Origin: Spirochaetales bacterium
GTDB taxonomy: Bacteria > Spirochaetota > Spirochaetia > Sphaerochaetales > Sphaerochaetaceae
NCBI GenBank assembly: GCA_003247345.1
Contig: QJZS01000200.1
Location: 1-63,569, forward strand
Direction: 5' to 3'
DNA length: 63,569 bases
This document shows positions 8,858 through 19,370 of this stretch, one piece after another. Position numbers and translations under genes: made by a program. Each line of letters begins with the position of its first letter. Position 1 is the stretch's first letter. The notes beneath the pieces were generated by a model, which made no database searches, was not told where the DNA came from, and saw only the letters and a list, made by a program, of their open reading frames with translations.

Positions 8858-10483
8858 ATGGCATATGAAGTAACAGCTACCAGGAAACGCCCGCAATCTT
8901 TTGACAGCCTTGTGGGCCAAGAATTCGTGGTATCAACGATCAAACATGCAATTGAACAAGGAAGAATTGCCCATGCCTATCTGTTCAGTGGCCCCAGAGG
9001 TGTAGGCAAGACTTCATCTGCCCGTATCCTTGCCAGAGCATTGAATTGCCAGGAAGGCCCTACGCCCACTCCCTGTGGGGTTTGTTCCAACTGCCGTGAA
9101 ATCACCCAAGGAAACAGTGTTGATGTCATAGAGATCGATGGTGCAAGCAATACCAGCGTAAACGATATCCGTCAAATCAAGGATGAGGTACTGTTCCCTC
9201 CTCAGACGAGCAAATACAAGATTTATATCATCGACGAAGTCCATATGCTTTCCACCAGTGCGTTCAATGCACTTTTGAAAACCATTGAAGAACCCCCTGC
9301 CTACATCATCTTTATCTTTGCGACCACTGAATTGCAAAAAGTTCCGGCAACAATCCGTTCCCGATGCCAACAGTTTCATTTCCAACTTATTGACTTGGAT
9401 ATGATAAAAACCTGTCTTCGGGATGCTGCAAATGAGTTGCAAGTAGAAGCAGATGATGATGCACTATTCTGGATTGCAAAAGAGTCTACCGGTTCCATGC
9501 GTGATGCATACACCTTGTTCGACCAAGTGGTTTCGTTCAGCCAAGGCCACATCACCATGGAGAAAATCAGCAGCAAGCTTGGGTTGGTTGGAATCGATCA
9601 AATTGCCAATATTGTTTCTTTACTGCTGAATGAAGAGGCCAGCAAAGCACTGCTTGAAGTCCAGCAGTTGCTGTTCGCCGGTGTTTCCGTAGAACAATGT
9701 ATCAAAGACTTTACCCTTTTCTTTAGAAGTCTTCTTTTTATCAAAGCAGGAATCCATGAGGACGCAGTACTGGGAATACAATCGGAAAGAATTCCGCTCT
9801 CTTTAAGAAACGCCTATACCAGCGAGCAACTGGAAGCGGCGTTGGAAATGTTGCTGAAGCTCTATCGAGATATTCGTTATTCTCTGAATCCACGTTTTGA
9901 ACTTGAACTGTTTATCTCCCGCTTGGGAAGCCTGCCCTATGTAGTTTCCTCAACCACCTTGGTAAAGAAAATTGCACAAATGAGGGAAGAAGTACTTTCC
10001 GGTAGTGTAAAACTTCCACCAAAGAAAGTTGAAGCTTCTAAAATTTCACCTACGGCTTCTGAAGTTCTTCCTCCAAAAGCTCCTGTACAAACACAAAGGC
10101 CTGCCGCTGTTCCCCAACAGGAGGAAAGAAAGGAAGAAAAGAAGGCGGAGCAACGACCATTCGCCCAAACAGATTTACCTGCTTTGGTGAGTAAGCTCTC
10201 TTCAGCTCCGCTGCTTTCCCAGGTTGCCCAGGCAATTACAGGAGTATCGAACGACCAAGGGGTTTTGAACCTCACCTTCTCCACTGCCTTTTGCCAAAAC
10301 AAAGCAGAGGAGAATGAAGAGCAATTCAGAAACCTTGTAAAGGAAATATCAGGTTTTCATGGGCCTATACACTTCCACTGTTCCGAAGCCAAGAAGCAGG
10401 AAGAGCAGGTACAGGTAGAAGACCAGATGATATCAAAAATCGCCTCGATGTTTCGTGGCGAGGTCATACAACAAACAAACTGA
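8858..10483 (+). CDS. dnaX: DNA polymerase III subunit gamma/tau
   Basis: RPQSF, GPRGVGKTS, Zn Cys cluster, IDEVHMLS, SRCQ; GAGGAG SD. Confidence 0.97.
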   Translation: MAYEVTATRKRPQSFDSLVGQEFVVSTIKHAIEQGRIAHAYLFSGPRGVGKTSSARILARALNCQEGPTPTPCGVCSNCREITQGNSVDVIEIDGASNTSVNDIRQIKDEVLFPPQTSKYKIYIIDEVHMLSTSAFNALLKTIEEPPAYIIFIFATTELQKVPATIRSRCQQFHFQLIDLDMIKTCLRDAANELQVEADDDALFWIAKESTGSMRDAYTLFDQVVSFSQGHITMEKISSKLGLVGIDQIANIVSLLLNEEASKALLEVQQLLFAGVSVEQCIKDFTLFFRSLLFIKAGIHEDAVLGIQSERIPLSLRNAYTSEQLEAALEMLLKLYRDIRYSLNPRFELELFISRLGSLPYVVSSTTLVKKIAQMREEVLSGSVKLPPKKVEASKISPTASEVLPPKAPVQTQRPAAVPQQEERKEEKKAEQRPFAQTDLPALVSKLSSAPLLSQVAQAITGVSNDQGVLNLTFSTAFCQNKAEENEEQFRNLVKEISGFHGPIHFHCSEAKKQEEQVQVEDQMISKIASMFRGEVIQQTN

Positions 10484-10499
10484 CAAGGAATACACCAAA

Positions 10500-10811
10500 A
10501 TGGATATGAACAACCCATTCGAACTATTAAAAAATATAAAAGGCATTCAAGAGAATGTCAAAAAGATGCAGGAAATGCTTCCCACCATCACAGCCACCGG
10601 TAGCGCAGGTGCTGGTATGGTCGAGGTCACCATCAATGGAAAGTTTATAGTAACTGATGTACATATTGAAAAAGATATTGTTGATCCGGAGGATCTAGAA
10701 ACCCTGCAAGTACTCATCACCAGTGCTTTCAATGATGCCTCAGCAAAAATCCAGCAGAAGATCCAGAGCGAAGGAATGAAATACGCAGGACCTTTTGGCT
10801 CACAGGTCTGA
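10500..10811 (+). CDS. ebfC: YbaB/EbfC nucleoid-associated protein
   Basis: GSAGAGMVEVTING..DLETLQVLITSAFNDA; sits between dnaX and recR. Confidence 0.9.
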   Translation: MDMNNPFELLKNIKGIQENVKKMQEMLPTITATGSAGAGMVEVTINGKFIVTDVHIEKDIVDPEDLETLQVLITSAFNDASAKIQQKIQSEGMKYAGPFGSQV

Positions 10812-10813
10812 AC

Positions 10814-11404
10814 ATGACAGCATTAGATACGCTTATCCAGACACTTTCCCGTCTCCCCGGCATTGGTCCAAAAAGTGCCTCCAGACTCGCTTATCACCTG
10901 ATTAAGACAGAAAAAAGTTACAACCAGACCCTCGCACAAGGAATTGCAACCATCCAAGATCGTATCTTCCCATGCTCTGTATGCGGGAGTTTTACCGAGA
11001 CGGATCCTTGTCCTGTCTGTTCAGACCCTGTTCGTGATAGAACGTTGCTCTGTGTTGTTGAAGAGCCGCAGGACGTGCTGACCATACAATCGAGTGGAGC
11101 ATATGACGGACTCTATCATGTTCTAGGAGGAGCAATCAGCCCACTGGATGGCATTGGTCCAGAACAGCTCTCTTTCTCGAAACTGCTCAAACGTATCGAT
11201 GAGGGGCAATTCAAAGAGTTGATCATTGCAACGAACCCTACCGAAGAGGGAGATACTACAGCCCTGTACCTCAGACATATTCTCAAAGATCATCCAGAGC
11301 TCTCCATTACCCGGCTTGCCAGCGGACTTCCGATTGGAGGTGATTTGGAATATGCAGACAGAATCACCCTTGCACGTTCATTACGCGGAAGGGTAAATTT
11401 CTAA
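10814..11404 (+). CDS. recR: Recombination mediator RecR
   Basis: LPGIGPKSA HhH, C4 Zn finger, TOPRIM ATNPTEEGDTTA. Confidence 0.97.
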   Translation: MTALDTLIQTLSRLPGIGPKSASRLAYHLIKTEKSYNQTLAQGIATIQDRIFPCSVCGSFTETDPCPVCSDPVRDRTLLCVVEEPQDVLTIQSSGAYDGLYHVLGGAISPLDGIGPEQLSFSKLLKRIDEGQFKELIIATNPTEEGDTTALYLRHILKDHPELSITRLASGLPIGGDLEYADRITLARSLRGRVNF

Positions 11405-11414
11405 GCTATTCTAT

Positions 11415-12182
11415 TTATTTGATTCCGCGTTCTTTTTTGATCGCATCATACGCATCCTGGATTTCCCTGAACTTTGCCGTTGCATGGCCAAGGAACTCTT
11501 CTCCCATACCTTTTGAGGCAAGGGTGTCGGGATGGAACTCGATACTGAGTTTGCGATACGCACGTTTCACTTCTTCATCAGTGGCGGAACGGGAAAGATT
11601 GAGGGCAGCATAAGCCTTATCAGAGGCATCTGTCTTTGAACCGTATCGATTGTACAACATCTGCACGAAACTATCACTGAGGTGGAACATCGCCGCTGCA
11701 CGCCGAATCATTGCATCCTCATTATGAGAGATCGTACCATCCGCTGCAGCTACCCTACAGAAAATATCAATCATCAACTGAAGGATATTCGGAGCATGGT
11801 TAAAATTCTGATAGAACTGAGCGGCAAACTGGTCGAAGGTACCGCCACCAGTAAGGGCAGAATCAAAAACACGCATAGCAGCTTCTTCTTCACGATACCC
11901 TAGGCGAAGATCCTGTCGGATGAACTCCAGCACTTTTTGTCGCTCATGAGAAGACACCTGACCGTCTGCATTGGCTATCCGAGCAAGCATGGAGAAGGCA
12001 CCGACGAAGAAAATCATCTGCTCCCGATCCAATGTCGTATAGGAAGTATGTGTTGCTTGAGTTTGTCCGGTCTCTCCAGCCTTATCAAACATATGGCCAA
12101 AAGCCAAACCTGCGATCATACCAAGAGGCCCTCCGAACATGAATCCGAAGGTGCCTCCAAAAAGTTTACCGAGCCAAGCCAT
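11415..12182 (-). CDS. djlA: Co-chaperone DjlA (TerB-like plus J domain)
   Basis: N-terminal WLGKLFGG..GPLG..GHMFD anchor, two ADG motifs, C-terminal J domain with HPD. Confidence 0.88.
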   Translation of the reverse strand: MAWLGKLFGGTFGFMFGGPLGMIAGLAFGHMFDKAGETGQTQATHTSYTTLDREQMIFFVGAFSMLARIANADGQVSSHERQKVLEFIRQDLRLGYREEEAAMRVFDSALTGGGTFDQFAAQFYQNFNHAPNILQLMIDIFCRVAAADGTISHNEDAMIRRAAAMFHLSDSFVQMLYNRYGSKTDASDKAYAALNLSRSATDEEVKRAYRKLSIEFHPDTLASKGMGEEFLGHATAKFREIQDAYDAIKKERGIK

Positions 12183-12183
12183 A

Positions 12184-13608
12184 TTATAGTTTATCGATCA
12201 GCATCGAGCATTTGCCTGATGGGATAGGAAGAGTTTTCTTCTTATTCTCCCCCAGGATCTCAATGGTGAAATAGTAGAGCTTCTCACTCTCAAGACGAAT
12301 TTCCCAACCACGGTCAGTCTTATTACTGAGGATGGTGATCATATTCCGTTTCAATGACAGATTCTCAATACCCATTGCTTCCAAGGAAGGCATCACCCAA
12401 TCAACCGTCTTACGAGGTAGGGAGATATCCAAACCTATGATATTCTCTATCATCAACGTGATGGTTACCAACCCTGCGAACGACATCAATCTCTTTCTTG
12501 GGAAATCGGCGATTTCGGTTGTCTTTGAATATCCGTCCTTATTAGGCAAGTAGGCTTCCCATACATCCCCAATGGTATCAGAATCTGGATGCAAGGTATC
12601 GAGAAGGAAGTACATATGCCTAATTGCACACTCACGGGCAAAGATGAATTGGTTGAATTTTTCCAATCCCTTGATCACCATGAATGTATTGACCGGAAGT
12701 ACGCCACCGCAATGACCATTTCCATCCTCACTGAATGAAGGAGAAGAAACAGGAACGCCTGGGAATGGGTTATCCGTACCAAACTCTTTCGGATCTTTAA
12801 GGTACTCAATCAAATAGGCTGCTCTTTCATCATTGGGAATCTCTGCAAGCATGACCCAATATGCACCGATAAACTTGTTCGGAAGCCTATTCTCTTTGAT
12901 GTCCAAATCATAATAGAAGTTCGTCTCAGGATCCCACATCATGCTGTTGATTCTTGTCTTCAAGGAGAAATAAATTCGCTTATAGCGAAAACTCAATTCC
13001 TTGTCGTTGAGAATATCACCAATCGCAGACATATAGAGAGCATTAACTGCCAACTGAGCATTGAAATCCAGAGGATAATATACATGCTCACGTGGGATAT
13101 TCCCGGTTTGACAAGCTTCTATAGGAACAGAGAAAAGCCCGTTGGGCTTTTGGAACGTTGCTTGAATCCATGAAAAATAATTCTCAAGAACTGGAACAAT
13201 CTCTTTCAGTCTCTTTTTATTTCCAACCTTATGGTAAAAGCTATGTTCAACATAGGCAAAAAGAGGAGGGAATATCCCTTCTGGGTTTGTCGCCGTAAAA
13301 ACCGGCTTTCCATCTTCTATAGAATACTCACCACGAATAGCTCCATTTGCTTCTTGCTTCTGATAAAAATAATCAAGCAAAGGAAACGGTGAGTTATTCT
13401 GGTTGCTATACACCAGAAATAGAGAAGAGAAACAGGATAAATACTGATTGAAGGTTGTCTGGCCAGGATAAGAAAGATAGGAACCATTCATGCCATTATC
13501 TTCGGTTCCTTGTTTCCAGAGTTCGTCAATCCATACCCAAGATCTGTCATACATATCGACAAAATCCTGATCATAAAAATGTACGAACGGCACCATATCC
13601 TTTATCAA
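12184..13608 (-). CDS. (alpha/alpha)6 glycoside hydrolase-like protein (GH37 trehalase / GH63 MGH1-like)
   Basis: PPLFA, LDFNA, MMWDPETNFYYD, DPKEFGT and WEAY patterns; TTG start with AGGAG SD. Confidence 0.7.
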   Translation of the reverse strand: MIKDMVPFVHFYDQDFVDMYDRSWVWIDELWKQGTEDNGMNGSYLSYPGQTTFNQYLSCFSSLFLVYSNQNNSPFPLLDYFYQKQEANGAIRGEYSIEDGKPVFTATNPEGIFPPLFAYVEHSFYHKVGNKKRLKEIVPVLENYFSWIQATFQKPNGLFSVPIEACQTGNIPREHVYYPLDFNAQLAVNALYMSAIGDILNDKELSFRYKRIYFSLKTRINSMMWDPETNFYYDLDIKENRLPNKFIGAYWVMLAEIPNDERAAYLIEYLKDPKEFGTDNPFPGVPVSSPSFSEDGNGHCGGVLPVNTFMVIKGLEKFNQFIFARECAIRHMYFLLDTLHPDSDTIGDVWEAYLPNKDGYSKTTEIADFPRKRLMSFAGLVTITLMIENIIGLDISLPRKTVDWVMPSLEAMGIENLSLKRNMITILSNKTDRGWEIRLESEKLYYFTIEILGENKKKTLPIPSGKCSMLIDKL

Positions 13609-13734
13609 ATTGGGAGCTCCTTACTTATCGGTTACACAGAAAAACTACACAAAACGCGCATTGTTAAAGATAAACTCTCTTTAGGGAGAAGTCAATCACA
13701 TTTACGGTAAGTTTCAAAAACATCTAAAATATTC

Positions 13735-13765
13735 AAAAACAGGCTTTTTGCTTAGCAAAAAACCT
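13735..13765 (-). terminator. Intrinsic terminator downstream of the lipid kinase gene
   Basis: Minus strand AGGTTTTTTGC-TAA-GCAAAAAGCCT followed by GTTTTT. Confidence 0.55.
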
Positions 13766-13895
13766 CCTAATCATATATAAAATAGTAAATTGTAGCCAAA
13801 TCGCATAGACTCAATTTTTAATAAAACTACAATTTATCTATCAAATATTCTTTACGTACCCCCCCTAGACACGGTTTTCAAATATACCCAAACTC

Positions 13896-14825
13896 TTAGC
13901 AGAAGACAGGAAGTATTTTCTCTAAAATCTCAGCTGTAATCTCCATGCAACCTTTGGAAATCTCCTCTCCATCAACATGAACAGGCATTGGATAGTCGCT
14001 ACTGATCATACTGAGCTTTTTTACCCTCTCTACGCTGAATTCCTTTTTCTTAACTTGCCCTCCCTTGAAAAAGGAAAGAGCCAGGGGAACCAGTTTATAG
14101 CTGGGTATTGGGGCGTTGGCATACACTACATCAAATACACCATCATCGAAAATGGCATCAGGTCCCATCAAGAAAGCCGAACCCATACGTCTGCCATTGC
14201 ATACAGAAAGTTGTTGGGTTTTCACATGGACCTCTTTGCCATCCAAGGAAATCGTCACCGTATAGGGAGCGGGATAGTTGATCAAAATCCGGATCAAAGC
14301 CAGTACGTAGCTGGGTGTACCTGAAACATGCTTGAAATCGCTTGCAAGAAAATTGACCAACGGCTCAAACCCAACACCCAAACCATTGATAAAATAGCGA
14401 CCTTCTGGGTATTTGCCTCCGTACACGATTCCTGCATCGATAGTCCTGAGTTTGCCTTGGATAATCACCTTGCAGGCAGAGACCAGATTCTCGGGAATCC
14501 CCATCCCCCATGCAAAGTCATTGCCACGCCCTATTGGGATCACACCCAATTTCGGAACAGGAAGACCTTGCTCGTGCACTGCCTTGAGAATTCCATTCAC
14601 CACTTCATTGACAGTTCCATCGCCACCAGCTGCTATGATTATATCACGCTTATCACAGGTTGCCTGAAATGCAAGGTTTTCTGCCCCTTTTCCCTTTTCA
14701 GTGTAAGAGAGCGTCACTTGATACCCTGCATCTGAAAACAAGGCTTTGATCCTTGGTTCTTGTTTCTTTGCTTTTCCTTTCGCGGCATGAGGATTCAATA
14801 TTATGTATAGCTCTTGTTTTGCCAT
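13896..14825 (-). CDS. Diacylglycerol kinase family lipid kinase (YegS/DgkB-like)
   Basis: ILNPHA, AGGDGTVNEV, IPIGRGNDFA and VDGE motifs. Confidence 0.92.
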   Translation of the reverse strand: MAKQELYIILNPHAAKGKAKKQEPRIKALFSDAGYQVTLSYTEKGKGAENLAFQATCDKRDIIIAAGGDGTVNEVVNGILKAVHEQGLPVPKLGVIPIGRGNDFAWGMGIPENLVSACKVIIQGKLRTIDAGIVYGGKYPEGRYFINGLGVGFEPLVNFLASDFKHVSGTPSYVLALIRILINYPAPYTVTISLDGKEVHVKTQQLSVCNGRRMGSAFLMGPDAIFDDGVFDVVYANAPIPSYKLVPLALSFFKGGQVKKKEFSVERVKKLSMISSDYPMPVHVDGEEISKGCMEITAEILEKILPVFC

Positions 14826-14880
14826 TACATGACTCCTTCTTCCTATTTACACCAACCTGTCTATCCCCTATGATGGCGTT

Positions 14881-16740
14881 GTGAAAACATACGCTCCTCG
14901 CTCTGCATTTCTTCCTACAACACAAGAAGATTTACACCAACGCTCCTGGGACCAAATAGACATTGCGTTCATAAGCGCAGATGCTTATGTCGACCATCCA
15001 TCTTTTGCATTGGCCCTGCTGGCCAGAATGCTAGAGAAAGAAGGATATCGTGTTGGTATTATCGCACAACCCGACTGGTTCTCAACAAAAGATTTTCTCA
15101 AATTGGGAAAACCTCGGCTTTGTGCGCTTATCAGCGGAGGAAATATCGACAGTATGGTTTCCCACTATACAGCCAACAACAAGCCCAGAAGCGAGGACGA
15201 GTACACCCCCGGCGGCAAGGCAGGAAAGCGACCTGATCGTCCTACCTTGGTGTACACAGCGAAAGCCAGGGAAGCATACGGGAAAGATATTCCGATCATC
15301 ATCGGCGGGTTGGAAGCTTCACTGCGTCGCTTCAGCCACTATGACTATTGGACTGACAAAGTCAGAAAACCCATTATCCTTGATGCAAAGGCTGATTTAT
15401 TGGTGTATGGCATGGGAGAACGCCAGTTACTTGAGATTACCCACCGACTGGACGGAGGAGAATCAATCAAGGACCTTACGGATATCCCAGGTACTGTATA
15501 TGCTACAAACCCGTTATCTTTTAACAAAGACAATTTCCCCACCGTAGAACTTCCTTCCTTCGAGCAAGTAAGTGACCGGGACAAACAATCCAACACTCCC
15601 ACAGAGGATGGAAAGCGTTTTTATGCCCAGGCCTTCGCCTTGCAGAAAAAAGAAGAAAACCCTATTGCTGGCAAGCGTGTAATCCAAACTTGTATGAATC
15701 GTTTGGTGGTACAAAACCCACCTGCCCTACCGTTGGAAGAAGCTTTCTTTGACAGACTTCATGAATTGCCATTCACCCTTGATGCACATCCTGATTACGA
15801 GGCTGCAGGCGGTATCCCAGCGCTTGAGGAAGTCCAATTCTCCATTACCAGCAACCGTGGATGCTTTGGTTCCTGTTCTTTCTGTGCCATCACCAGCCAC
15901 CAAGGCAGGATGATACAGACTCGCAGCAAGGAATCATTGGTTCGTGAGGCAAAGCGGATGGCTGCCCACCCTGGATTCAAAGGCTATATCCATGATTTGG
16001 GAGGACCAACCGCAAATTTCCAAGGCTTGGCTTGTGACAGACAAACCGAATACGGTCCGTGTGCAACCAAAGAGTGTCTTTTCCCCGGGCCCTGTAAGAA
16101 CTTGAAAGATTACCATGCACGGTACCTCGATCTTCTCGAAGCAATAGAAGCGATTAAGAATGTAAAACGGGTGTTCATCCGCAGTGGGATTCGATACGAC
16201 TACCTCTTGGAAGTTTGTGACGAAACAACCCGAAAGCGATTTATGCACCACCTCGTACGATATAACGTGAGCGGACAACTGAAAGTTGCCCCAGAACATG
16301 TAAGTGACCATGTCTTGGATGCAATGGGAAAACCTAGATCTGAATTGTTTGATCAATTCTCCGACCTCTACCAGGAGACTACTGAGCAAGCTGGAAAGAA
16401 GCAGTACCTGATACCTTACTTTATAGCCGCACACCCAGGAAGTACGCTTTCCGATGCGATTGAACTTGCTTTGTATCTGAACAAACTCCAGTTTATCCCT
16501 GATCAGGTACAGGAGTTCTACCCCACTCCCGGTACCGTCTCGACCTGTATGTATTATACAGGTCTGGATCCCCGACCTGGCAAGCGGTTTGCCAGTATCT
16601 ATGTTCCCAAAGGACGGGAACGTCATCTGCAAAGAGCCCTCCTGCAGTTCAATAGGAAAGAAAACCGCCCCTTGGTCCTTGAGGCCTTGGAAAAAGCGAA
16701 AAGGAAAGACTTGTCGAGAATCCTCCTCGCAAGACGGTAA
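14881..16740 (+). CDS. YgiQ family radical SAM protein
   Basis: DAYVDHPSF, RGCFGSCSFC, LKVAPEH, QVQEFYPTP; GTG start 6 nt after TTTACA-17-TATGAT. Confidence 0.93.
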   Translation: MKTYAPRSAFLPTTQEDLHQRSWDQIDIAFISADAYVDHPSFALALLARMLEKEGYRVGIIAQPDWFSTKDFLKLGKPRLCALISGGNIDSMVSHYTANNKPRSEDEYTPGGKAGKRPDRPTLVYTAKAREAYGKDIPIIIGGLEASLRRFSHYDYWTDKVRKPIILDAKADLLVYGMGERQLLEITHRLDGGESIKDLTDIPGTVYATNPLSFNKDNFPTVELPSFEQVSDRDKQSNTPTEDGKRFYAQAFALQKKEENPIAGKRVIQTCMNRLVVQNPPALPLEEAFFDRLHELPFTLDAHPDYEAAGGIPALEEVQFSITSNRGCFGSCSFCAITSHQGRMIQTRSKESLVREAKRMAAHPGFKGYIHDLGGPTANFQGLACDRQTEYGPCATKECLFPGPCKNLKDYHARYLDLLEAIEAIKNVKRVFIRSGIRYDYLLEVCDETTRKRFMHHLVRYNVSGQLKVAPEHVSDHVLDAMGKPRSELFDQFSDLYQETTEQAGKKQYLIPYFIAAHPGSTLSDAIELALYLNKLQFIPDQVQEFYPTPGTVSTCMYYTGLDPRPGKRFASIYVPKGRERHLQRALLQFNRKENRPLVLEALEKAKRKDLSRILLARR

Positions 16741-16745
16741 ACCCC

Positions 16746-18107
16746 GTGGACAAGCCAATCTCTGAAAAGAGAGAATTTTTTACAAAACTGGTTACGATTG
16801 CCCTCCCGGTAGTCTTCCAGTCATTGCTCAACAACTCACTCTCCTTTGTAGACACCGTGATGATCGGACAACTGGGGGAAGAATCGATAGCCGCTGTTGC
16901 GTTGGCTAATCAGATATTCTTTCTTATCAGCCTGCTCTTTTTCGGAGTCTGCAGCGGATCTGCAATTTTTCTCAGCCAATATTGGGGAGCAAGGAACGAG
17001 ACCAACATCCAAAAGGTGCTGGGCATCTCCATTACCGTTGCAGGGGCAGGTGCATTGGTGTTTACCCTGGCATCGCTCTTTGTACCACGCCAGATCATGC
17101 ATATCTTCACTACTGAAACAATGGTGGTAGAGAGTGGCATATCATACTTAAAGATTGTGGCAATCAGCTATCTCTTCACTGCAATCAGTCAAGTACTGGC
17201 TACAGCCCTTAGAGTTATCAACTATGCAAAGACTCCTTTGAAGGTAGCCTTGGTATCATTGAGCCTGAATGCACTAGGCAACTATCTGCTCATCTTCGGA
17301 ATCGGCCCATTCCCTGAATTAGGGGTAGCCGGTGCTGCCATCGCGACAGCAATTAGTCGTGGTATTGAGGTTGTTGTTCTGCTTTGGATCGTATATAAGA
17401 AGCACCCTGTCATTGCAATCAAGAGTAAGCAAGCATTCTCTTGGAACAGGCAATTTCTCAAACACATAATCCCAACAAGCTTACCTGTTATCCTGAATGA
17501 ATTTTTCTGGGCATTGGGTATTACTACCTATAAGATTGCTTACAGCCATATCGGGATAGAGGCAATTGCCTCAATAAATGTGGCTGAATCGGTAGGAAAT
17601 CTTTTCTTTGTCGTAATGATGGGTGTAGGAAATGCAGCCCTTATTATGATCGGGGTAAAGATCGGGGAAAAACAGTATGATCTTGCTCGGATCTATGCAA
17701 AACGATTCATTATTACTTCTCTCTTAGTAGGTATTGCAATGGGAATTCTCGAAGCATCCATTGCTCCTTCTTTCACCCACTTCTTCCATATTTCCGAATA
17801 TGTAAGGCAACTAGCAAGCTATTGTATCTATATCCATGCAATGCTCCTCCCATTCAAGAGCATCAATATGGTCATCATCGTAGGAATCCTACGAAGTGGC
17901 GGTGATACTAAATACTCTATGTTTGCTGAGATGTTCGGTGTTTGGGCCGTTGGGGTTCCTTTGGCTTTCTTAGGGGTATTCGCTTTCCATCTGCCGATAT
18001 TTGAAGTGTACATTCTGGTTGGCATGGAAGAAATATCAAAAGTTTTTATTGGTCTTTTCCGTATCAAACGTGGTACTTGGCTCAATGACCTGACCACCTT
18101 TCATTGA
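16746..18107 (+). CDS. MATE family efflux transporter
   Basis: DTVMIGQLG, SQYWGA, NYLLIFG..PELGVAGAAIAT, LRSGGDT. Confidence 0.93.
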   Translation: MDKPISEKREFFTKLVTIALPVVFQSLLNNSLSFVDTVMIGQLGEESIAAVALANQIFFLISLLFFGVCSGSAIFLSQYWGARNETNIQKVLGISITVAGAGALVFTLASLFVPRQIMHIFTTETMVVESGISYLKIVAISYLFTAISQVLATALRVINYAKTPLKVALVSLSLNALGNYLLIFGIGPFPELGVAGAAIATAISRGIEVVVLLWIVYKKHPVIAIKSKQAFSWNRQFLKHIIPTSLPVILNEFFWALGITTYKIAYSHIGIEAIASINVAESVGNLFFVVMMGVGNAALIMIGVKIGEKQYDLARIYAKRFIITSLLVGIAMGILEASIAPSFTHFFHISEYVRQLASYCIYIHAMLLPFKSINMVIIVGILRSGGDTKYSMFAEMFGVWAVGVPLAFLGVFAFHLPIFEVYILVGMEEISKVFIGLFRIKRGTWLNDLTTFH

Positions 18108-18161
18108 CCTGTTTTTGATATGACCGTATAGTTGAGACTATAGAAGAGAGGTGTCTTTACT

Positions 18162-19346
18162 ATGAGTCTACGAACTGTACTAACCAATGGCACTGTCGTT
18201 ACCGGTTATGCCAAGCTGAAGGATTGTGCCCTCTATATAGATGAAAGAGGTGAGATCGGAGATATCTTCAATATGAGAAGATTGCCCGAGAAGAAATTCC
18301 CCAGTGATACCACTATGATTGATGTCCAGGGATCTTTCATCATGCCTGGTTTCATCGATTCCCATATACATGGTATCGGAGGATATGGGACTGAAGATTG
18401 CCAAGTCGATTCCATTCTGAAAATGAGTGAACGGCTTGCAGACTTCGGTATCAGTGCCTTCATGCCGACCATCTACACAGATAAGCTTGACGTCATGCTT
18501 GCTGGGATAAAAGCCATTGTAGAAGCTATGGGCAAGGAAGAAGGTGCTAAGATCATGGGGGTCAACATAGAAGGACCCTTCATCTCAATCGAACGTATTG
18601 GAGCTCAAAATCCAGAAGGGGTCATTCCAGTTGACCTTGATATCTTTAACCAACTGATTGATGCAGGTGAAGGAAAGGTTATCTGCATGACGGTAGCCCC
18701 TGAGTTGAAACATATGCGAGAGTTGGCACTATTAGCTCGTGAACGTAACATCGTTTTACTTGCAGGCCATACAAACGCAAGCTACGAAAACATCATGGAA
18801 GGCATGCAATGCGGAATCTTCCACTCCACCCACTTTTTTAATGCAATGAGCCGGTTGCACCACCGCAACCCTGGAACCGTAGGTGCAATCCTCATCCAAA
18901 GAGACATGCAGTGTGAGGTTATCTGTGATGGAGTACATGTACATCCAGAATTGATAAAGATGCTGTTAAGAGAAAAACCTGTCGATAATATCGTCATGAT
19001 TACTGACAGCCTCAAACCGACAAAACAACAAGGTGGGAAGTTGATGGCCAACGGGGAAGAGTGCTACGTAGGTCCGGATGGCGCTTTCATCAGTAAGAAA
19101 GATCCCAGCCTTTTCTTAGGCTCAGGCTTAACGATGCTGCAAGGTATGAAGAATGTGGTTGATTGGGAAATCCCAATTCAACAAGCCAGTCAAATGAGTT
19201 CGACCAACCCTGCCAGAATTTACAGCTTCCAAAAGCAAGGAATGCTTGTTCCTGGCTATAAGGCGGATATCGTAGTGCTGGATGACAGAATGCAACTCAA
19301 AGGTTTGTTTGTTGATGGAAATTTGATCAGAGATCGATTCGCCTGA
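18162..19346 (+). CDS. nagA: N-acetylglucosamine-6-phosphate deacetylase
   Basis: PGFIDSHIHG, EGPF, APE, GHT, THFFNAM, DGVH, ITDS. Confidence 0.95.
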   Translation: MSLRTVLTNGTVVTGYAKLKDCALYIDERGEIGDIFNMRRLPEKKFPSDTTMIDVQGSFIMPGFIDSHIHGIGGYGTEDCQVDSILKMSERLADFGISAFMPTIYTDKLDVMLAGIKAIVEAMGKEEGAKIMGVNIEGPFISIERIGAQNPEGVIPVDLDIFNQLIDAGEGKVICMTVAPELKHMRELALLARERNIVLLAGHTNASYENIMEGMQCGIFHSTHFFNAMSRLHHRNPGTVGAILIQRDMQCEVICDGVHVHPELIKMLLREKPVDNIVMITDSLKPTKQQGGKLMANGEECYVGPDGAFISKKDPSLFLGSGLTMLQGMKNVVDWEIPIQQASQMSSTNPARIYSFQKQGMLVPGYKADIVVLDDRMQLKGLFVDGNLIRDRFA

Positions 19347-19370
19347 AATCTAAGAAAGGAGCTTGATAGT

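Noticed and set aside
8858-10483. Programmed -1 frameshift in dnaX (gamma/tau)
   Set aside because: No A-AAA-AAG heptamer or long A run seen at the expected position.
13786-13836. Inverted repeat TAAATTGTAG...CTACAATTTA
   Set aside because: 10-bp AT-rich arms 31 bp apart, with no second copy or target duplication; not enough to call a MITE or operator.
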